A stretch of DNA of 64,000 nt from an uncultured virus (IMG/VR IMGVR_UViG_3300020577_001549) (taxonomy: Duplodnaviria; Heunggongvirae; Uroviricota; Caudoviricetes), in the IMG/VR virus record IMGVR_UViG_3300020577_001549, one strand, 5' to 3'. This document shows positions 1-7,600 of the stretch, piece after piece. The notes under the pieces are model-generated. The model searched no databases. It was given only the letters and a program-made list of their open reading frames with translations, and had not been told where the DNA came from. The position numbers and the translations under genes were made by a program. Within the stretch, counting starts at the first letter, position 1. Each line of letters starts with the position of its first letter.

Positions 1-560
1 ACGACGGTGGATTCCAGCGGCAACGTCATTTCGTACACAGAGCCAGAGGGACCCCCGCCAGTCGAGCCCACACCCGAGGAGCCAACCGATCAAGGCCCCG
101 GCACCGGCACGCCAGTCGAGCCCCCACCAGAGGAGCCAACCGATCAGGGCCCCGGCACCGGTACGCCAGTCGAGCCCCCACCCGAGGAGCCCACACCCGA
201 GGAGCCTACGCCAGTCGAGCCCACACCCGAAACGCCGCCTTCTTGGGTGCCAAACGGGGACGGCACGTACACGCACACCGATGCTGACGGTAGCACGACG
301 ACGGTGGATTCCAGCGGCAACGTCATTTCGTACACAGAGCCAGAGGGACCCCCGCCAGTCGAGCCCACACCCGAAGAGCCGACCGATCAGGGCCCCGGCA
401 CCGGCACGCCAGTCGAGCCCACACCCGAAGAGCCGACCGATCAAGGCCCCGGCACTGGCACGCCAGTCGAGCCCACACCCGAAGAGCCGACCGATCAAGG
501 CCCCGGCACGCCAGTCGAGCCCACACCCGAGGAGCCGACCGATCAAGGCCCCGGCACTGG
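1..560 (+). repeat. Coding tandem repeats (about 54-bp units plus a 297-bp-offset duplication)
   Basis: acgacggtggattccagcggcaacgtcatttcgtacacagagccagagggacccccgccagtcgagcccacacccga at 1 and 298; repeated gagccgaccgatcaaggccccggcac units. Confidence 0.9.
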
Positions 561-1134
561 CACGGGTACGGGCGGGTTCCAAGCCCCACCCGGCTGGACG
601 CCAAACCAAGACGGCACATACACGTTCCGTGGGGAAGACGGCAGCAGCATCACGATTGACGGGAATGGAAATGTTGTCGGGCACACAGATGCCCCTGCGG
701 GGAACCTGCCGGGCGAAACCCCAACGACGCCAACGACGCCAACGACGCCAACGACGCCAACGACGCCAACGACGCCAACCGTCCCAACGACGCCAACCGT
801 CCCAACGACGCCAACCGTCCCAACGACGCCAACCGTCCCAACGACGCCAACGACGCCAACGACGCCAACGACGCCAACGACGCCAACTCCTGCGCGGAGT
901 CCTGACTTGACCAGCCTGCTGTCTTTGCTTGGGCTTGGTATGGGCGGTGGTGGGGGCGGGACTCAGGCTACCCAAACCACACCTGCAGACGTACAATTGA
1001 TGGAAGAAATCTTTGGTACGAACCTGTTCTCCAAAGACCCCGGCGGAATTTCAGTGGCCGATGCCGCTGCTGGGAAACGAAACTTTAACGACGGCGGGTC
1101 AATTGACGACCTGCTGCAGCTCTTGAGGGGTTGA
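1..1134 (+). CDS. Pro/Thr/Glu-rich repeat protein, probable internal virion/ejection protein (5' truncated)
   Basis: Frame is open from base 1; EPTDQGPGTGTPVEPTPE and PTT/PTV repeats; ends 1 nt before the next gene; C-terminal FNDGG motif. Confidence 0.7.
   Translation, partial: TTVDSSGNVISYTEPEGPPPVEPTPEEPTDQGPGTGTPVEPPPEEPTDQGPGTGTPVEPPPEEPTPEEPTPVEPTPETPPSWVPNGDGTYTHTDADGSTTTVDSSGNVISYTEPEGPPPVEPTPEEPTDQGPGTGTPVEPTPEEPTDQGPGTGTPVEPTPEEPTDQGPGTPVEPTPEEPTDQGPGTGTGTGGFQAPPGWTPNQDGTYTFRGEDGSSITIDGNGNVVGHTDAPAGNLPGETPTTPTTPTTPTTPTTPTTPTVPTTPTVPTTPTVPTTPTVPTTPTTPTTPTTPTTPTPARSPDLTSLLSLLGLGMGGGGGGTQATQTTPADVQLMEEIFGTNLFSKDPGGISVADAAAGKRNFNDGGSIDDLLQLLRG
721..887 (+). repeat. 9/18-bp coding VNTR: ccaacgacg and ccaacgacgccaaccgtc
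   Basis: Directly visible tandem array encoding PTT/PTV. Confidence 0.95.
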
Positions 1135-1135
1135 T

Positions 1136-2839
1136 ATGGACGAAGAAACAACGTACGACGGCGACAACATTGATGCGGGTGGTGGCTGGAACCCCGGCGA
1201 CACCCCCGCGAGCGCCCCCCAAGACGACTACGATTTTTGGCAGTCTATTGGCATTAACCCCGACACCACGATGGAGAACTGGACTTCTCCGTCCAATGCC
1301 GAGATTGAAGCCGCGTTGCAGGGAAACTCCACCCTGTCCGGCATGCTGTCCATGTACGGTACAAAAGCGTTGGATTTGCTCAAGACCGGCGGCAAATACG
1401 ACCCGGCCAAGATCGCCCCGCTGCTGGGCGGTTTGTATTCAGCTTCGCAGTCCAACAACCGTACGCAGCCATCTGGATACCAAGGCAAAATCCCCAAATA
1501 CACCGCCACGCGCCAAGCGCCCAGTGCTGGTGGGCTGCTCAGCGGCAACGTCGCGTTCAAAACTGCCGACGGTACAGTGGTCAACCCCAACAGCCTAGCC
1601 CCTGCCACTGCGGTGGCCCCCGAGGCAGGCATGGCCATGGGCGGCTCTTTGAGCTCGGGCGGCTTCGTGATTCCAGCTGATGTGGTGTCCCATTTCGGCA
1701 ACGGCAGCAGCGACGCGGGCCTCAAACTCCTGCAACAACACATGGGCGCTCAGCCCATCAAAGGCCAAGGCGACGGCATGAGCGATTCGATCAAAACTAC
1801 CATCGACGGACGGCAGCCCGCCCGCGTGGCCAACGAGGAAGCGCACTTGAGCAAGCCACAAGTAGATGCCATGGGCGGCGCACAAAAGCTGTACGCCATG
1901 ATGGACCGTATTCGCCAAGCCCGCACGGGCTCCAAAGACCAAGGCAAACAGGTCAACCCGGCCAAGTTCCTGCCCGGCGGCGCGGGTACAGCCCGCATGG
2001 CTACCGGCGGCGCAGTGCCGGGGTTCCCCGACGGCGGGTCCGTCCCCGTAGGCACAACTGGCACGGAGTCCAACCTGTCCAACTGGGCGGGCGATTACGT
2101 CACCAACATGCTGGGCAAAGGCCAAGCGCTGTCCGAGATGCCGTACGAGCAGTACCAAGGCCCCCTGACGGCTGGTGCTTCTGGTTTGCAGAACAAGGTT
2201 TCGGCCGGTTTGGGTGGCTTGACTTTCCCCGGCACGCTGGGCCAAAGTTTCAGCGCAACAACGGCTCCCACCATCGGTGCAGGTGGCCAGCCCATGGGCG
2301 GCAGCGGCATCGCCTCGAACTACATGAACCCGTACCTGTCGTCTGTGCTGAACCCACAGCTCGACGAGATGCGTCGTCAAGCGCAGATCAACAACTTGGC
2401 TGGCCTTGGCAGCTTTACGAAATCCGGTGCGTTTGGCGGCGGTCGTCAGGCCATCATGGAATCCGAGAACGCCCGCAACCTGATGCAAGAGCAGAACAAG
2501 GCCATTGGCCAAGGCTACTCGAACGCATACGACCGGGGCTTGCAGCAGTTCAACACTGAGCAAGGGCAAGCCAAAGACTTGGCAGGCCTCATGGCCCAGC
2601 AAGGCGCGGTTGACCGCGGCATCACTGGCGAAGGCATCGCCGCCCAGCAAAAGCAGTTTGAAGAGGCCCGCCTCAACCCGTACAAGATGGTGCAGTTCCA
2701 GCAATCGCTGCTCAGCGGCCTGCCGTTGAATGCGCAGACATACAACCAAGCGCCAACGGACAACTTGACGCAGTTTTCCAACGCGGCTACCACCATCAAC
2801 AACCTGCTCAAGACCCTCGGCCAGACCACCCCCAAATAA
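1136..2839 (+). CDS. Probable internal virion (DNA ejection/pilot-like) protein
   Basis: 567 aa, G/Q/A-rich; YMNPY and GAFGGGRQA segments; located in the ejection-protein cluster. Confidence 0.6.
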   Translation: MDEETTYDGDNIDAGGGWNPGDTPASAPQDDYDFWQSIGINPDTTMENWTSPSNAEIEAALQGNSTLSGMLSMYGTKALDLLKTGGKYDPAKIAPLLGGLYSASQSNNRTQPSGYQGKIPKYTATRQAPSAGGLLSGNVAFKTADGTVVNPNSLAPATAVAPEAGMAMGGSLSSGGFVIPADVVSHFGNGSSDAGLKLLQQHMGAQPIKGQGDGMSDSIKTTIDGRQPARVANEEAHLSKPQVDAMGGAQKLYAMMDRIRQARTGSKDQGKQVNPAKFLPGGAGTARMATGGAVPGFPDGGSVPVGTTGTESNLSNWAGDYVTNMLGKGQALSEMPYEQYQGPLTAGASGLQNKVSAGLGGLTFPGTLGQSFSATTAPTIGAGGQPMGGSGIASNYMNPYLSSVLNPQLDEMRRQAQINNLAGLGSFTKSGAFGGGRQAIMESENARNLMQEQNKAIGQGYSNAYDRGLQQFNTEQGQAKDLAGLMAQQGAVDRGITGEGIAAQQKQFEEARLNPYKMVQFQQSLLSGLPLNAQTYNQAPTDNLTQFSNAATTINNLLKTLGQTTPK

Positions 2840-2848
2840 GGACGCACC

Positions 2849-4651
2849 ATGCAACAACCCAGCGCCCAAGGCATCGCTTCCCTGTACATGGGCAACCCAC
2901 AGCCCTTGCAGCAGCAAATCCAAAAAGAGCAGCAGGCCAAACCCGGCTTGCCGCCTGACTTGCAGAAGATGCTCGCCCTGCAGATCGTGACCAACGAGAA
3001 AGACGCCGCTGCGGCGCAGATGGCCATGCAGCAGCTCAAGCAGATGAGCGGGCCCACCGGCCAGATGCCCACTGTGATGCAGACGTTGGAACAGCAAGCC
3101 CAGCAGAAACTGCAGGGCCAGCAGCAACCGCCTATGGGCGGCATGATGCCCCAAGGGCAGGCTCCGCAAGGTCAAGGTATCGACCAACTCCCCGCCGAAT
3201 TCCAGATGGCCGGTGGTGGCCTCGTTTCATTCAGCGGTGAAGAGCGCAGCGACGTGCCGTATGAAACCGCATACGACCGGATGAACCGCAAAAACCGGGA
3301 ATCGGACACTGGCTCGTCAGACGAGCCCATGGACCCACAAGCCAAAGCGGATCGCGAAAAACTCAAGCGCATTTGGGCCGCGATCAAAGGAAGCAGCGAA
3401 GATGCTGGCCGCGCGATTGCTGACGTTGCCACCGCTGTACCGCGTGGGTTGGTCGGTGCCTATGACACTGCAGTGGTCCGCCCCATGCGTGCCGCCGGGG
3501 TCAACGCCGCGTACTTGTCGCCCAAAGTTACCCCCGAAGGGGCCAATCCCGAGAGCATGACTCCTTTTTCGGACATCAAAACTGCTCGGGAAGCTGCTGA
3601 TGGCTCAAGGGCCCAAGCCGCAACGACTGCAAGCAACCGTGAAGCGCTCAACCGTGCGGATGCCGGGATGCGTAGCGCCCCCTCAGAAGCCCCAGCCAAC
3701 GATCTGGCCGCACTCGCACGCCAGAAACAGCAAGCTGCGGCCCCTCGCCCACCTGCTCCTGTGGCTCCCCGCCCAGCGGCACCCATGGCTCCCCCTCCAG
3801 TTCAAGCTGCTGCTCCTGCGGAAAGCGAAGCGATGGGTATCACAAAGGCAATGATGCGTGCTGATCCTGCAGCGGCCAAAGATGCGGCAAAGGCCGAGTT
3901 TGACAAGGATGTGGGCCCCGGCGATACCTCCCAGTACGACCGCTTGCTCGCGGAGCTGGAGAACCGCAAGCAGGCGCTGAACCCCAAGCAAGGCTACGAA
4001 GGTTTGATGGAAGCGCTCAGCGACATCAGCCGTGCTGGCCAAGACCCCCGCAATCGCGGGCGCGGCTCATTTGCGTCCGGCGCAGCCGGTGCGCTGCTTG
4101 GTGCCGACCGGGCCAAGGAAAACCAGTTGCAGCAGTTCGAGCTGTCCAAGCAGGCCATTGAGGTTTCGCAGAAGAAGCTGGACACCGTGCGTGCGTACGC
4201 AGAAAAGCGGTACGGTATTGGCAAAGCCGCGTTCGATCAGGTGTACAAAGACCGCCACGACGCCGCCAAGGAAGTCGTCAAGGACGAATCTGCGGCCCGC
4301 AAGCTGGCCCAAGAAGAAACGCTCAAGATGCTGGAAATGAAGCAGCAGGCGACGCTGAGCCGCGAAAGAATGCGGTCCGACGAAAAGATCGCGGGCATGC
4401 GCGGGGATGCCGGTGTGGAGCGCTTGAAGTTGGACACTATCAAAGCGCAGATTGCCGCGATTGATAAGGATTTGGCCCCCCTGCTGAAAACCCCATCCAC
4501 CGACAACAAGGCCAAAGCCGTGCCATTGCAGGCGAAAAAAGCCGCGCTGATGAAGCAGCTGAACGATACAATCCTCGGAGCCCCCGACGCAGAAAGCCTC
4601 GGCGGAACCACCCGTATGCGATTCGATGCGCAGGGGAACCAAATCAAATGA
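2849..4651 (+). CDS. Probable internal virion protein (Q-rich, coiled-coil)
   Basis: 600 aa; RBS AAGGA upstream; context. Confidence 0.6.
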   Translation: MQQPSAQGIASLYMGNPQPLQQQIQKEQQAKPGLPPDLQKMLALQIVTNEKDAAAAQMAMQQLKQMSGPTGQMPTVMQTLEQQAQQKLQGQQQPPMGGMMPQGQAPQGQGIDQLPAEFQMAGGGLVSFSGEERSDVPYETAYDRMNRKNRESDTGSSDEPMDPQAKADREKLKRIWAAIKGSSEDAGRAIADVATAVPRGLVGAYDTAVVRPMRAAGVNAAYLSPKVTPEGANPESMTPFSDIKTAREAADGSRAQAATTASNREALNRADAGMRSAPSEAPANDLAALARQKQQAAAPRPPAPVAPRPAAPMAPPPVQAAAPAESEAMGITKAMMRADPAAAKDAAKAEFDKDVGPGDTSQYDRLLAELENRKQALNPKQGYEGLMEALSDISRAGQDPRNRGRGSFASGAAGALLGADRAKENQLQQFELSKQAIEVSQKKLDTVRAYAEKRYGIGKAAFDQVYKDRHDAAKEVVKDESAARKLAQEETLKMLEMKQQATLSRERMRSDEKIAGMRGDAGVERLKLDTIKAQIAAIDKDLAPLLKTPSTDNKAKAVPLQAKKAALMKQLNDTILGAPDAESLGGTTRMRFDAQGNQIK

Positions 4652-4659
4652 GGTAGCGT

Positions 4660-7600
4660 ATGGCGATTGAAGCAGAACTGGCTGATGGACGAGTCCTTGA
4701 GTTCCCTGATGGCACCGACCCCAGCGTAATCCAAGCCACAGTCAAGCGAGTTCTAGCTTCAAGTGAGCCAACCAAGAAGTCCACCGTTGGCAGTGAACTC
4801 AAGCGCGGGGCGCAGCAGGTTGCGTCAAGCATGCAGACTGCCTATGGGGCGCTGACTGGCTCCCCCGAAGAGGCCGCTCGCTCAGGTATTGAGCGCAGCA
4901 ATGCCATCAACCAGATCGCTGGTGAAGGCGTGGGCTTCGAGCCAGTCAAGAAGGCGTACCAAGAAAAAGGCCTGATGTCCGCAGCGGGCGAAGCCCTTGG
5001 CCAAATCCCCCGGGCGCTTGCCGGGCAAGGTGCCAACCTTGCAACGATGGCTGGTGGCGCTCGACTTGGCGCGATGGCCGGCTCTGCAATTGCCCCCGGT
5101 GTCGGCACCGTGGTGGGTGGTGCCCTTGGCGCTGGCGCGGCCATGCTGCCGCAATTTTTTGGCTCCAACGTGGAGCGCCAAGCCTCCGAGCAGATGGAGA
5201 AGGGCGAGCCAGTCAAGATCGACCGCACCAAGGCCGGTGTTGCCGCCGCAGGTCAAGCCGCGCTGGAAGGCGCAGGTTCTGCATTCACACTTGGCAAAGG
5301 CGTTGTGAAGGGCGTGCTTGGTATCGTTGATGATGCCGCGATCACAACCGCAAAGGCTGCCCAGCAGTTGGAAGCCACCGCTCGCCGCTCCCTGACCGGA
5401 ACCGTTGCACGCGGCGCTGGTCGTGGGGTTGTTGGTGAGATGCCTGTCGAAGTTGCCCAGCAGGTCATTGAGCGTGCCCAAGCGGGGCTGGACCTGACAT
5501 CCCCCGAAGCCTTGAAAGAATACGGCGAAGCCGCGTACCAAGCCGGTTTGGTTGGTGGCCCACTGGGCGGCGCTGGCAATGTCGTCACGCGCGGCCAAGC
5601 CCAAGAAAAGATCGCCCAGCGCGATGCAAATGTCAAAGCAAAAGCTGCGGCCGAGGCGCAAGCCGCCGAAGAAGCCAAGGCCAACTCAGAGCCCAAGCTG
5701 CCGCTGGTGACAGCCCCCGGGGTGCAGGGTGAGATGTTCACCCCCGATGAAACGGGCAAGCCGGTGCCCTCACCTGCCGCTGGGGCAGAAGCCACGGTGC
5801 CTGAGTTGATGGCTGAGCGAGACGCGCTTCGCGCCAAAGAACAGACACCGGAGGTGCAGGCCCGGCTAGACGAAATCACGCAAAAGTTGGTGCAAACGGA
5901 AGGCCAGCAAGACCTTGGCCTCGACTACCAGCGCGAGTACGCTGACATGGCCAAAGAGCGCGAGCGCCTGAAACAGCAGGAGCCGACGCCCGAGGTGCAA
6001 GCTCGACTCGAAGAGCTCGACCAGCAGATGGCGCTCTACAACCAGAGCGACATTGAGAGCATGCGGGCGCAGCAGGAATCCGAAGCCGCGCAGGTCAAAG
6101 CCGAAGCCACCGCCCGCAAGAAATTCCCTGCATTGGCCAACGCCCCTGATCTGGCCACGCAGTCAGATGAGGTCAAGGCCCGCACGCAGAGTGAGCTGTT
6201 CCCCGATGAAGACCTCGGCACCAAGCCAGCGGCGGAACCAATCGCGGAGCCCACCCTGCGCTCCGCCAAAGAGAAAGCGCCCCTGCAGTACAAGCTGCCG
6301 CTGCGCCAAGTGCAAGAGGGCCGCACCCCCAACCGCGAACTGACGATCCCAGCACGCCCCGGCGAGCTGACGATGGATGACGTCAAGAACACCGGTATTC
6401 CATTGCGAGTTGGTATGGACGGTTGGTTCCAACAGAACGTGGTGGGTAAGACCTCTGATGAGGTCCGCGCGTTGGTGAAGCGCCAGCCCGAGCTGGCCAA
6501 GGGCCCAGCGCCCCGGGCCAAAATCCTGCGGGAGTTGATGGCCCCCGCACCAGCCAAATTTGAGGAAGCCCCCAATGTCGAGCCGACCCCTACCCCGACG
6601 ACTGCAGTTGAGCAGCCCGCTCAGCCCGGAGCAAGTGAGCCAAGCGTGGGAGTTCCTAGTGAGCCTGCCACACCCAAGCGATCCACTCTTCGACTGCGAC
6701 CCGCCAGCCCCACCCCAGCACCTGTCACACCTGACGGACGCGGACTGGTATCTGCTGGACAGCCTGCTGTGCAGGGAGATGCGACTGAAACAACTCAGCC
6801 CGCTGCAGTAGAAACCGAGACAGCCGACGAAGAAGCCGCCCGCAAGGCAGAAGCCGAAGACATGAAGCGCCGCCTTGAGGCGTTGGAGAAGGCCGCGCAG
6901 AAGCCAGCGGCCCCCAAAGAGGTGAAGCCGCCCGCACCTGCGGCCAAGAAAGAAAAACCCGCCCCTGTGGATGAGGACGCCATTGCGCCCATCCAAGATC
7001 GGCCCAACCCCTTTGACATCATCGCCAAATACAAGCAGGTCAAAGCCGATGCGGAGGCCGCTGTCAAGAACAAGCCGAAAGCTGAAATCTCCCACGCGGA
7101 AAAATCCACATTGGCCGAGGCCGCACTGCAAGAGCGGGTTGCACAGGGCGACGTGCGCGGGGCCTTGCAGGCGATTTTGGCTTCTCCCAAAGAGTTGTAC
7201 AACGACCTTGACCGCGCCGTGGCGCGTCGTATCCTGCTGAGCAACAAGCTGCCCACCGTGCAAGTTGTTGAGGAAGGTTCGCTGGGCAAGTCCGACGACG
7301 GAAAAGTTGTTGCTGGCCAGTACGATGCGGTGAACGACACCATTTCGCTGGCTGACGGGTACGTTGGTGCCCACACTCTGTTGCATGAACTCGTTCACGG
7401 GTTTACCCACCGGGCGATTGAAGCGCACATTGCGGGCAAAACCAACAACGCTGGGGTCCGCGCTCTGCAAGAGTTGTACACCCATGTGGCCAAGGCGGAC
7501 CCGGAGGCGCTGAAAACCTACGGCATGACCAACCTCAGTGAGTTTGCGGCCGAGGCCATGTCGAACAAGAATTTCCAAGCCGTCTTGCAGAAGATTCCAT

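Noticed and set aside
721..887. Tandem array as a CRISPR or guide-RNA array
   Set aside because: There are no unique spacers, and the units are multiples of 3 nt encoding PTT/PTV in an open frame
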